Origin: a virus
Lineage: Duplodnaviria > Caudoviricetes
Virus record (IMG/VR): IMGVR_UViG_3300005100_000006
Location: 1-50,367 of that record
Reading direction: 5' to 3' (one strand)
DNA length: 50,367 nucleotides
The notes below the pieces were generated by a model, which was not told where the DNA came from, ran no database searches, and was given only the letters and a program-made list of their open reading frames with translations. Numbering within the stretch: the first letter of the stretch is position 1; the number at the start of each line of letters is the position of its first letter. The position numbers were made by a program, and so were the translations under genes. Of the stretch, positions 37,827-46,267 are shown one piece after another.

Positions 37827-38117
37827 TTACTGGAACCATTCGCCTACATTGCGCGGCATTGCGAATTTTGTGTCGCTGCCTGATTTTTCACGCATGATGT
37901 AATCAAATGTTTCTTCTTGATTTGCAACGCGTAGACCGTTTGCAGAAAGAACTTCACTAGCTGAAACTTCGTTAATCGCATCGATGACAGCTTCTTTTGT
38001 TGGGAATCGCATTGGAGGAAGTTCAAAGGTCACTTCGCCCGCGCCGGTGCCGTCAGGCTTTACAGCAATAACTTTAATTTCCACCTTTATCGGCGCTTCG
38101 ATTTTTATATCGCTCAT
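37827..38117 (-). CDS. Hypothetical protein, first gene of the leftward early arm
   Basis: AACAGGAC upstream. Confidence 0.7.
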   Translation of the reverse strand: MSDIKIEAPIKVEIKVIAVKPDGTGAGEVTFELPPMRFPTKEAVIDAINEVSASEVLSANGLRVANQEETFDYIMREKSGSDTKFAMPRNVGEWFQ

Positions 38118-38172
38118 TGTTACCGTCCTGTTTTGGGTTAATTAATCCGGCGCTGTGCCGTTGATGTGGTGA

Positions 38173-38202
38173 AGTATAAGCGGACTAAAAAAAGAAAGTC
38201 AA
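38173..38202 (-). promoter_or_regulatory. Leftward early promoter
   Basis: TTGACT-18-TATACT. Confidence 0.7.
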
Positions 38203-38227
38203 TACTTTTTGTTTAAAAAGTTAAGGA

Positions 38228-38256
38228 TTGACATTAACAGGTTAATGTTATAGCTT
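38228..38256 (+). promoter_or_regulatory. Rightward early promoter with palindromic operator
   Basis: TTGACA-17-TAGCTT overlapping ACATTAAC-ag-GTTAATGT. Confidence 0.75.
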
Positions 38257-38288
38257 TTACCAAAATTAAACTCATTGTTAGGTGAATT

Positions 38289-38489
38289 ATGAACATTGCA
38301 AAATCAATCAAACACGGTCTAGTCAATAAAGACATTGCAGCGCAAGACCTTGCAAAGTCTTTAGGCAAGACAAAGCAAACTGTTAGCCAGTGGATGAACA
38401 AAAAAGCCGAGCCGCGTATGGCTGACGTGGAAAAAATGGCTAACATCTTTGGCGTGAAGGTGAGCGAATTTATTGGTTGGGGCGAATAA
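38289..38489 (+). CDS. Cro/CI-type (XRE) HTH regulator
   Basis: QDLAKSLGKTKQTVSQW...P...VEKMANIFGVKVSEF. Confidence 0.9.
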   Translation: MNIAKSIKHGLVNKDIAAQDLAKSLGKTKQTVSQWMNKKAEPRMADVEKMANIFGVKVSEFIGWGE

Positions 38490-38507
38490 AACAAACAGGG
38501 CTACAAA

Positions 38508-41273
38508 ATGAAATTTCCTTTGATATTGTCGTGCGGGCACACGACGCGCAAAAGCTTGGCCGATCCTATCGATTGCGGTTGTAACTCTAACCGCACTTAT
38601 TCTAGCGATGGCGACACGCCAATCGATAAGGCGCTGAATCAATTCATGGGTCAGTGGCGCAGTGTTTTAAATAACTACGGCGTTAACTTGCCAAGTAATA
38701 AAAAGCACGGCCCTTGCCCCGTATGTGGCGGTAAAGACCGTTTTCGCTTCGACGACAAAAACGGGCTTGGTACTTGGTACTGCTCGCAGTGTCCAGAAGA
38801 AAGCGGCGGCGGTTTAAAGCTTTTGTCTATGTACTTAGGCAAAACCACAATGGAAACAGCCAAAGAGCTGATAGGCGACGATATAGAGCAAAGCGTTGCT
38901 CCAAAGCGTGTGCACATGGTCAATCATGACGAAATACGCAAAGCCAACATCGAACAGGCCAAAAAAGGCGCTAAGTTGCTATTAGACAGCGCGAAGCTTG
39001 CAAGCCATCCATACATGGACAACAAAGGCTTTGGCGGTGAGTGGCTGACCAATGGCGATCCAATGATAGGGCGTGACGGTGTAACGCAACCATGTGAGCT
39101 TTTACTGGTCCCAATCTACAAATCGGGCGAACTAGTAAACATTCAGAAGATAAAAGCCGATGGCGAAAAGCGACCGCTAACCGGTGGAGATATGTCTGGG
39201 GTTTATCATCCAATCGCCGGCAAAGACAAAAACATTGCTATCGCGGAAGGCTTTGCAACGGGCATTACCATTAACAAAGCGACCGGATGGAAAACATACG
39301 TTTCTTTTAACACGGCCAACCTAGCCGCAGCGGTGAAGACCGCGAAGGATGAACACCCGAACGCGTCGATTATTATTTTTGGTGACCATGACGACTTAGA
39401 TCCAAAGCATGGCTGGCGACCTGGTGAGCATTGGGCCAATGAAGCGGCGGCCGCTTATGGCGCCGGTGTGGTCCTGCCCAATATGCAGGATGAGAAATGC
39501 GACTGGGACGACTACCGCCAAGAGCATGGCATGGACGCGCTAAAGTCGGTATTGCGTGAAAAGGTGGCGGCAGAGCTGGCAGCGATCAAGCCTAAGCCGG
39601 TGAAGAAACCAAAGCCCGAACCAAAGACAGAAACAAAGCCAGTTATTGTGGAGTCAACGCCACAAGTTGCGCCACAACTAACCCTTGAAACCGCGCCCGC
39701 GTTTGGATCTTGGAACATGACGCCACCAGCAGCCAAGCCAAAGAAAGACAACAGCAAACCAAAGTGTGTAAACGACTTGCCCGAAGGCGTGAGCCTTGAA
39801 GGTGTGGACGTAGACAACCCGCCAAGTATCGCGGGCGACATTGTGCGCTACATGCAAAAAGGCGCGCACCGTGAACTGGAAGGCGGCGCATATGCAGCCA
39901 TGGCTTTGCAGTGCTTAGCGATGGCGGGCGCGGGTATCAGTGGATTCATGGGAACCAAAACAAGCATGATCACCATCGTTCTTGGTTTGTCTGCAGGTGG
40001 TAAAGAATGGCCGCAGAAAGTTATCAAGGAAATACTGGCAGCAAGTGGGATCAAGGTATACGGTGATATTCGTTCCGATAAAGACATTATCCGATCGGCA
40101 GTGTATGACAACGGACGCTGTTTTTATGTGAAAGATGAGGCTCATTCGTTGCTTGCTTCGAACAGTAAGCAGGAAAAGCACAGCGCCAACATTCCGGCCA
40201 CGTTGATGGAGCTTGCCACAACGTCACTAATGCCAATCTCGCGCCTTCACCTTGACGAGTTCCAGGGGCAAATGCAGAACCGTATTAGCCGACTTGATAA
40301 GCAGCTGGTGGCCAAGGAAGACATCAAACTTGGTTACCACCAAGAGCTGGAAAAGGCGAAGATTGAAAAGATTGATCAAGAGATTGAGAAAATCACAGTC
40401 GAAATAAACAAGTTAACCGGCATGATGGAAGGCTTGGAAAGCGGCATAAAAGATCCATGCTTAAACTTGATCGCCCTGTCGACACCGAAAAAGCTTGCCG
40501 CCATCGTAGACGAGGACGCGATCGAGTCGGGATTTTTGGGCCGTGGTTTTATCTTCGATTGTGGCTCAGAGCGTACGCACCGCAACTTTGATTTGTGGGG
40601 CGAAAACGCGCTTGACGGCGACAAGATGCGAATCGAAAACGAAATGCTAAAAGCGCGCATTGGTGCCATTGCACAGATGGCAAGCGACACCAGCCAGAAG
40701 AAAATCGACGCGGAGTTTAACGGCAAAGAGTACAAAATGACCGCGACCAAAGAAGCCCGCCAGCTTATGTATGATATTTCGCGTCATTACGATCAATATC
40801 AATACATTAACCACCCGCGACTGGGTGCCATTTACGCGCGTTTGCCTGAGCGTGTGATGTCTGTTGCTTCAATTCTTGCTATGGATAACTTGGTGGGCGG
40901 CGATCTGGTTATTGAAACCGAATACGTTCTTTATGCTTTAAAGCTTGGCTTGTCTTCAATTGACCACCTCAACAGTAATTTAAGGGTTAATGAAGCCGTA
41001 GACGGTCAAACAATCGAGGATAAACTCGAAGGCATCAAAGAGGCGATCATCAAGCGTCTGACAGTATCCAAAAAGGATAAAGATGAAGGATGGCGCTATA
41101 AGTCCGAGCTCAAAAACTACTTGAAGCGCCAGAAGTATTACCAAGAAATCAGCAAAGAGCTTTTGGCGCATGGCCAAGACGCCATGGAAAACGCGCTTGC
41201 TGTGCTAATGGGTGAAGGGAAGGTGATCCGCCACCCTGAGAACGATAAGAAGATAAAGCGACGTTGGCCATAA
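38508..41273 (+). CDS. Primase-helicase (zinc ribbon, TOPRIM, P-loop domain)
   Basis: HGPCPVCGGKDRFRFDD, IAEGFATG, GDHD, DWDD; GLSAGGKE and KDEAH. Confidence 0.9.
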   Translation: MKFPLILSCGHTTRKSLADPIDCGCNSNRTYSSDGDTPIDKALNQFMGQWRSVLNNYGVNLPSNKKHGPCPVCGGKDRFRFDDKNGLGTWYCSQCPEESGGGLKLLSMYLGKTTMETAKELIGDDIEQSVAPKRVHMVNHDEIRKANIEQAKKGAKLLLDSAKLASHPYMDNKGFGGEWLTNGDPMIGRDGVTQPCELLLVPIYKSGELVNIQKIKADGEKRPLTGGDMSGVYHPIAGKDKNIAIAEGFATGITINKATGWKTYVSFNTANLAAAVKTAKDEHPNASIIIFGDHDDLDPKHGWRPGEHWANEAAAAYGAGVVLPNMQDEKCDWDDYRQEHGMDALKSVLREKVAAELAAIKPKPVKKPKPEPKTETKPVIVESTPQVAPQLTLETAPAFGSWNMTPPAAKPKKDNSKPKCVNDLPEGVSLEGVDVDNPPSIAGDIVRYMQKGAHRELEGGAYAAMALQCLAMAGAGISGFMGTKTSMITIVLGLSAGGKEWPQKVIKEILAASGIKVYGDIRSDKDIIRSAVYDNGRCFYVKDEAHSLLASNSKQEKHSANIPATLMELATTSLMPISRLHLDEFQGQMQNRISRLDKQLVAKEDIKLGYHQELEKAKIEKIDQEIEKITVEINKLTGMMEGLESGIKDPCLNLIALSTPKKLAAIVDEDAIESGFLGRGFIFDCGSERTHRNFDLWGENALDGDKMRIENEMLKARIGAIAQMASDTSQKKIDAEFNGKEYKMTATKEARQLMYDISRHYDQYQYINHPRLGAIYARLPERVMSVASILAMDNLVGGDLVIETEYVLYALKLGLSSIDHLNSNLRVNEAVDGQTIEDKLEGIKEAIIKRLTVSKKDKDEGWRYKSELKNYLKRQKYYQEISKELLAHGQDAMENALAVLMGEGKVIRHPENDKKIKRRWP

Positions 41274-41335
41274 ATCGACGGCCCTAGAGAACACCAAATA
41301 ACAGCAAACTACCAAGCAAAACAGGACTATACACA

Positions 41336-41995
41336 ATGAAAAAAAATCGATTTTACAAAACCTCTTGTCATGGCGGCGTTGGGTCTAACGTTTGTTTTCA
41401 CGGCATACAAGGCGCTGGATATGTTACTAATCTTGATGAGTCGCATATTTACACGCTTGAAGAAGCACAAAAGGAAGTCAACAGCGGCCACATGCGAAAC
41501 CATCCAGAGCAAGAACTATTCTTGAGCGCTGACCACGTGGACGCGCTTTGCGTTTGGAAAGTTGATTGCCAATACATAAAATTTAAGTATCCAGAAGTCA
41601 AAGATCCAAATGATGAGTATGTGGCATACAAAAAGCAATGCTGGGATGGTAACGATCTAGGATTTGCCTCTGAGCTCCATTTTAGTTATGACTATTCATC
41701 AGCAAGGGTTTTTACTAGCGAGCAAATAGAGAAAATCGATTTTGATGGTTGGGTGGTTGTTCCAAAGTTCCACACCGACGAAATAGCAAGGCGAACTTTT
41801 CAATACAAAAACATTAACAGACGCAAAATGATTTCTTGCGCCGGTGTGATTGGCATCCATAAGCCAAGAAGAAGATCGACAACAGGGAAGGAGCGCTGGA
41901 ACTGCCCGACTTGCGGGAAGATAAACTGGCAATACAACCCTTACGATTTTGAAGGGTGCAACGATTCTAATTGCAAAGATTGGATTTACGCATAG
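41336..41995 (+). CDS. Hypothetical protein with a C-terminal zinc finger
   Basis: CPTC...C....C; internal G(S)N...Y.......F/Y duplication. Confidence 0.7.
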   Translation: MKKNRFYKTSCHGGVGSNVCFHGIQGAGYVTNLDESHIYTLEEAQKEVNSGHMRNHPEQELFLSADHVDALCVWKVDCQYIKFKYPEVKDPNDEYVAYKKQCWDGNDLGFASELHFSYDYSSARVFTSEQIEKIDFDGWVVVPKFHTDEIARRTFQYKNINRRKMISCAGVIGIHKPRRRSTTGKERWNCPTCGKINWQYNPYDFEGCNDSNCKDWIYA

Positions 41996-42017
41996 GCACC
42001 AACAAACAGGACAATAT

Positions 42018-42212
42018 ATGAACTGGATAGACGTTAATGAAAAGCTGCCAGAAAAAAACCAATATTGCATCGTATACATGAAAAGACGAGGATTTTCACC
42101 GACTAACGTTATTGTTACGCGTTACAGCAGATACGGCTTTGAGGTTGAAAGCGTCACGCACTGGATGCCTTTACCGGATGCGCCAAATAACCACCAGCAA
42201 ACAGAGAGATAG
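42018..42212 (+). CDS. DUF551-like protein
   Basis: WI.V.EKLPE...VTHWMPLPDAP. Confidence 0.85.
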   Translation: MNWIDVNEKLPEKNQYCIVYMKRRGFSPTNVIVTRYSRYGFEVESVTHWMPLPDAPNNHQQTER

Positions 42213-42548
42213 ATTATGAAAGTAAAAAAGGGTCAAATAGTTGCCTTTTCTGAAGGCGAGTATTCCGATTATACTGTAGAGGCCTTATGTGTAGTTGATA
42301 ATCCTTTTGATTTAGAAGAAATGAAAAACAAATGGATGGATGAGTGCTGTGAGGAATTAACCACCAATATTTACAAGCACAGACCAGAGCGGAAACTTAA
42401 GAGTGGTAAGCCTTCATTTTTAGCTTGGCTTTCAATGAAAATGCTAGTAACAGACATTGATTATATAGAGGTTCACACGGGCTCTTATGGTGAGGTTGAT
42501 GTTACTTTCGATTTAGTCAACCACCAGCAAACAGAGAGATAGATTATG
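42189..42548 (+). repeat. 30-bp perfect direct repeat (42189-42218 and 42519-42548)
   Basis: AACCACCAGCAAACAGAGAGATAGATTATG occurs twice, 330 bp apart. Confidence 0.95.
42216..42542 (+). CDS. Hypothetical protein flanked by direct repeats
   Basis: GEYSDY motif; ORF track. Confidence 0.7.
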   Translation: MKVKKGQIVAFSEGEYSDYTVEALCVVDNPFDLEEMKNKWMDECCEELTTNIYKHRPERKLKSGKPSFLAWLSMKMLVTDIDYIEVHTGSYGEVDVTFDLVNHQQTER

Positions 42549-42701
42549 TTTAATAAGAATTACAAAACTAACGAATCGAGTTTTGCTTATGGCATGTGGT
42601 GGGAAAGGGTTTATTTAAATAATCTCAATTGGACAGATTTTTACAGGAGATTGGTGATAAGGATGAATTACGACCACGCACAACAGATCTCACAGATTTA
42701 A
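42546..42701 (+). CDS. Hypothetical protein (51 aa; not in ORF track)
   Basis: ATG supplied by the second repeat copy; ends before the terminator. Confidence 0.5.
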   Translation: MFNKNYKTNESSFAYGMWWERVYLNNLNWTDFYRRLVIRMNYDHAQQISQI

Positions 42702-42728
42702 ACCAAAGAGGTCTAGCGCCTCTTTATT

Positions 42729-42752
42729 AAGCCCCTCAACAGGGGCTTTTTT
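42729..42752 (+). terminator. Intrinsic terminator
   Basis: AAGCCCCT-caac-AGGGGCTT followed by T-run. Confidence 0.85.
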
Positions 42753-42793
42753 ACGTCTGCAATAAAAAATCTAATAAAACTCACGAAAAAAGC

Positions 42794-42821
42794 TTGATAA
42801 AACTAACGGTTTTGCTATTAT
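42794..42821 (+). promoter_or_regulatory. Early promoter
   Basis: TTGATA-16-TATTAT with extended TG. Confidence 0.6.
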
Positions 42822-42866
42822 GTACTCAAGCCAACGCGGCGCCACTTACTAAAAGGTCAAAAAATT

Positions 42867-43004
42867 ATGAACATGGATACACTGGTAAAACAATCACTTG
42901 AAGCGGCATCAAAAATTACCGGTAAAGGTTTTGATGATAAAGAAACTCAAGAAGTTGCATTCAAACTATCATGTGCAGCAATGGCGGAAGAGCTATCAAA
43001 GTAA
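42867..43004 (+). CDS. Hypothetical protein (45 aa; not in ORF track)
   Basis: AAGG SD; first ORF after the promoter. Confidence 0.55.
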   Translation: MNMDTLVKQSLEAASKITGKGFDDKETQEVAFKLSCAAMAEELSK

Positions 43005-43052
43005 ATAACCACCCCAACGCGGCCACGGCCGCACTTATTTAAAACAGGAGTA

Positions 43053-43649
43053 ATGCCAATGGCAAACGAAAAATATTATGACTACTTCAAGTATGTCAAT
43101 CATGATCTTATGGGCCAGTACAGCGAAGAGGTTGGCCAAAAGCGCCATGAGTCTTTGCAAAAAATGCTTGATAACAGCGGGGCAATTGCTTACACATCAC
43201 GCAGCAGTTGGGGCGGTCCTGAAACTGTAGCGGAGCTAGTTTATCCATACGAAACGGAATTAAAAGAGCTTCCGCATGTAATGACTATCCGTACTGATTG
43301 GTTTGAAGACCAAAAAGTTGTCGTGCTTCGAGGCAAACTAAACAGCAAGGCGGGCAAAGAGTTTAACAAGTGGATTGATAAAGCCCGTGAAGAGCTTAAA
43401 GAGCTGCCAAATTTCAAAGCATGGGTAATTGATTTGCTAGACGTAAAGCGAACAGGTTTAGCCGGTCCGCATGAGTCAGGGCGTGGTACAGCCATGATAG
43501 AGACAGATTTTGCAATGCGTGAGGGTATCTATTTGTTTCGCATTCCAAAAAGCGATACTGGAAATGTTAGCGGCACGGAGGAAGTGCCAAAGGAATTTAC
43601 ACCGATCACTTATGGTCAGTGGTTTGATATCAAAGCGGAGTGGGACTAA
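43053..43649 (+). CDS. Hypothetical protein
   Basis: AACAGGAG upstream; ORF track. Confidence 0.7.
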   Translation: MPMANEKYYDYFKYVNHDLMGQYSEEVGQKRHESLQKMLDNSGAIAYTSRSSWGGPETVAELVYPYETELKELPHVMTIRTDWFEDQKVVVLRGKLNSKAGKEFNKWIDKAREELKELPNFKAWVIDLLDVKRTGLAGPHESGRGTAMIETDFAMREGIYLFRIPKSDTGNVSGTEEVPKEFTPITYGQWFDIKAEWD

Positions 43650-44050
43650 TGAAACCATCAGAACTAGCCAAGAGCCTTGGCGCAAAAAGCCTTTCGGAAG
43701 TGGCGACCGCTTACGGCGTGCACCCTAGCTATTTAAACCAGATTTTTAAGTCTAACCAAGTGCGCCTTGAAAACATGATCAAGGTGTATGTACTGGCTAA
43801 AAAGCTGAACATTAAAACCACGCACCTTCAATTCATGCTTGAAAGCGTGCTGGGCAACATCGAAGGCACCAACGCGGCGCATTACTTCATGACCTGTCCA
43901 GAAGCCCGCGAGGAGTTAACACGCGCTTATGTGGCGGACTTTAAAACCCGAATGTATGACATGTGCCAAAAGCTACTTACAGACATTGAGGCGCAAGCAG
44001 GGTTTCGCGACGTGGTGCACGACATGGTGAAGGCCAAGGATAAAGGCTAA
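43649..44050 (+). CDS. HTH-containing hypothetical regulator
   Basis: SLSEVATAYGVHPSYLNQ; TAATG coupling. Confidence 0.6.
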   Translation: MKPSELAKSLGAKSLSEVATAYGVHPSYLNQIFKSNQVRLENMIKVYVLAKKLNIKTTHLQFMLESVLGNIEGTNAAHYFMTCPEAREELTRAYVADFKTRMYDMCQKLLTDIEAQAGFRDVVHDMVKAKDKG

Positions 44051-44084
44051 TATTTAGGTATATTAGCCGCCAGGATTGCCACCA

Positions 44085-44276
44085 ATGAACGTACACCGAA
44101 AGGCACCAAAACTAACCAGCAAGGACATGGATCCAGAGGATGCCAGCGCGATTTTTGCGCTAATGGACTCCGATATTGCGCTGATTGATATGCGGTACAA
44201 CCTCAAGGTGTACGCTCCGAAAGCCAAAAAGGTGATTGATGATTGGCTGGCTAGGCTCAACCAGGGATCTATTTGA
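44085..44276 (+). CDS. Hypothetical protein
   Basis: CAGGA upstream. Confidence 0.5.
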   Translation: MNVHRKAPKLTSKDMDPEDASAIFALMDSDIALIDMRYNLKVYAPKAKKVIDDWLARLNQGSI

Positions 44277-44326
44277 GGCCATTCTATTAAGGCCATTTGG
44301 ATAAACACAATTTAACAGGACAAGAA

Positions 44327-44959
44327 ATGAAAGTATTAGTTGCTTGCGAAGAAAGCCAAGCGGTTTGCAAAGAATTTAGGGCGCTAGGTCATGAGGCTTA
44401 TAGTTGTGACATTGATCCTTGCTCTGGTGGTCATCCTGAGTGGCATATTCAAGATGATGTTTTAAATGTAATTAATCGAGGTTGGGACTTGATGATTGCT
44501 CACCCTCCGTGCACCAGGCTTACAAATGCAGGGCGTAGATGGCTTCATAATCCACCAAAAGGTAAAACCATGGTTGAAATGTGGCGTGATTTCTTTGATG
44601 GTGTTGAGTTTTATAAAGCTCTAAGAAATGCGCCAGTACCAATGATAGCGATAGAAAATCCAGTGATGCACGACCACGCAAGGGAGATGCTTGGGAAGGA
44701 GAGTCGCAACATAGTTCAACCGTGGTGGTTTGGAGAAAAGATGTTTAAAGCAACCGGATTCGAGCTGATTGGATTACCAAAGCTTGTTGAAGGTAAAAAC
44801 AGCCTTAGATCTGAGATTCCAGAAAAAGGCACAGAAGAGCACAAAGCATGGTCATGGGTTCATAGACTTCCGCCAAGCCCAGAAAGGGCAAGATTGAGAA
44901 GTAAAACGCCTATCGGCATCGCTAAAGCAATGGCAGAGCAGTGGGGTGGTTTAGCTTAG
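44327..44959 (+). CDS. Phage C5 cytosine methyltransferase-like protein
   Basis: VLVACE, SCDI, DLMIAHPPCT (catalytic PC), IENP and RSKT..GIA.AMAEQW motifs. Confidence 0.8.
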   Translation: MKVLVACEESQAVCKEFRALGHEAYSCDIDPCSGGHPEWHIQDDVLNVINRGWDLMIAHPPCTRLTNAGRRWLHNPPKGKTMVEMWRDFFDGVEFYKALRNAPVPMIAIENPVMHDHAREMLGKESRNIVQPWWFGEKMFKATGFELIGLPKLVEGKNSLRSEIPEKGTEEHKAWSWVHRLPPSPERARLRSKTPIGIAKAMAEQWGGLA

Positions 44960-44992
44960 CCACCCAAAACACTCCACCCAAAACGTACAGAC

Positions 44993-45016
44993 AGCCGCCT
45001 TATTAGCGGCTTTTTT
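44993..45016 (+). terminator. Intrinsic terminator
   Basis: AGCCGC/GCGGCT followed by T-run. Confidence 0.75.
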
Positions 45017-45019
45017 GTG

Positions 45020-45480
45020 TCAGCACAGTAATTGCTAGTGTGTACAGCTTTTTGGTTTGTTTGCATGTAAAGGGTGTACATCAGCTTTTAATCACACCAT
45101 TTGTAAATTTTGAAATCGACCTGACAAAAGTAGACAAAAATTTTAACTAACTGTTTTTAAAGGCTTTTATTTTTTTTGTGTTATTTTTCATATACCCACC
45201 CCCTTTCCTTCTAAAATACGTTAGTTCTTAAAAGAGGTCTATTTCCTACTAAAAATATTATACCTTTCTTTTATTTTATTAATAAATAATAAATTATTAT
45301 ATATATATTATAGTAAAAAGAGAGAAAATACAGGCACTTAGGGAAGGTGAACTTTTTGTAAGTCCGTTTACAAAATCCGACAAAACAGCCTGAAAAAGTA
45401 AAAAACTTATCTGGTGTCATGTTGAAATTAAATATTTAATCTAATAGTTGTTTTTTATGTCTAATGCTGCTAATTTAAAA
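45020..45480. other. Candidate replication origin
   Basis: Longest non-coding stretch; near-pure AT core 45262-45320; imperfect direct repeats on both sides. Confidence 0.5.
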
Positions 45481-45502
45481 CTACCGCAGACAAGGGGGGC
45501 GT

Positions 45503-45949
45503 ATGTACTCAAACAACATCAACAAGAAACAAGTCGAAATGGTCAAGCGAGCAGAGCGCGGTGAAATCGATTTGCCTACAAGCAGCAAAGAGCTTGCCGA
45601 TATCATTCGCGAGGCTTTGCTTGTTCAAGATCATGAATCTTTGGAAGAGGAGTTTTTGACTAAGTCGAAAGTTGCGTTTGTTAAAACCTACAAGCGATTA
45701 AGCCGAGACTTACTGAACGCTGGCAATGATGAGCCCGAAATGGTGTACACGTCGCAAGTGTTTAACGTGATTAAGCATCGGAAGTATTACCAAACGCTAC
45801 GCGCTATGTGCAATCAACGCGGCGCTAACGTGTCAAACGTTATTTTGCAAAGCTTGATTCAACAAGGACTCGCAACGCGACGCGGCAACATGGTTAAGAT
45901 TGATATCGAAAAGGGTGATTTGTATGTTGAATCAGAACATCAAAAGTAA
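45503..45949 (+). CDS. Hypothetical protein (possible winged-helix C-terminus)
   Basis: LQSLIQQGLATRRGNMVKI; adjacent to the origin candidate. Confidence 0.6.
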   Translation: MYSNNINKKQVEMVKRAERGEIDLPTSSKELADIIREALLVQDHESLEEEFLTKSKVAFVKTYKRLSRDLLNAGNDEPEMVYTSQVFNVIKHRKYYQTLRAMCNQRGANVSNVILQSLIQQGLATRRGNMVKIDIEKGDLYVESEHQK

Positions 45950-46265
45950 AACGGTAAATCACCACGGCGGCAGAGACTTGGCGATTTTTATCGTGAAAAG
46001 CCTTGAGTGTCGCAACCGCTCGCTTAAATCAATCAACAGCCTGACATTTGGCAAGCCGGTTAGGAAAACCATTGAGGCCGATATCTACAACCCGCAACAG
46101 TGGATCTTCGAGTGGCTTTGGGATGTTGGAATAATTCAACCGGTTAAGCAAACAAAAACCATCAACGAGCACAAACCTTTCATGCTGGTTGATAATTTAG
46201 AAATGGCGCTGTACGAACTAGACCGCGCAATCGAAAATCAAACCAAACTAAAACAGGACCAATAA
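45924..46265 (+). CDS. Hypothetical protein
   Basis: ORF track; start reset to ATG 45924. Confidence 0.6.
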   Translation: MLNQNIKSKTVNHHGGRDLAIFIVKSLECRNRSLKSINSLTFGKPVRKTIEADIYNPQQWIFEWLWDVGIIQPVKQTKTINEHKPFMLVDNLEMALYELDRAIENQTKLKQDQ

Positions 46266-46267
46266 CC

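Noticed and set aside
42189-42548. 30-bp repeat as a CRISPR array or attachment site
   Set aside because: Only two copies, the 300-bp spacer is a gene, and there is no cas or integrase gene
44960-45502. tRNA or other structured RNA in the long intergenic region
   Set aside because: No cloverleaf or T-loop motif seen; very AT-rich
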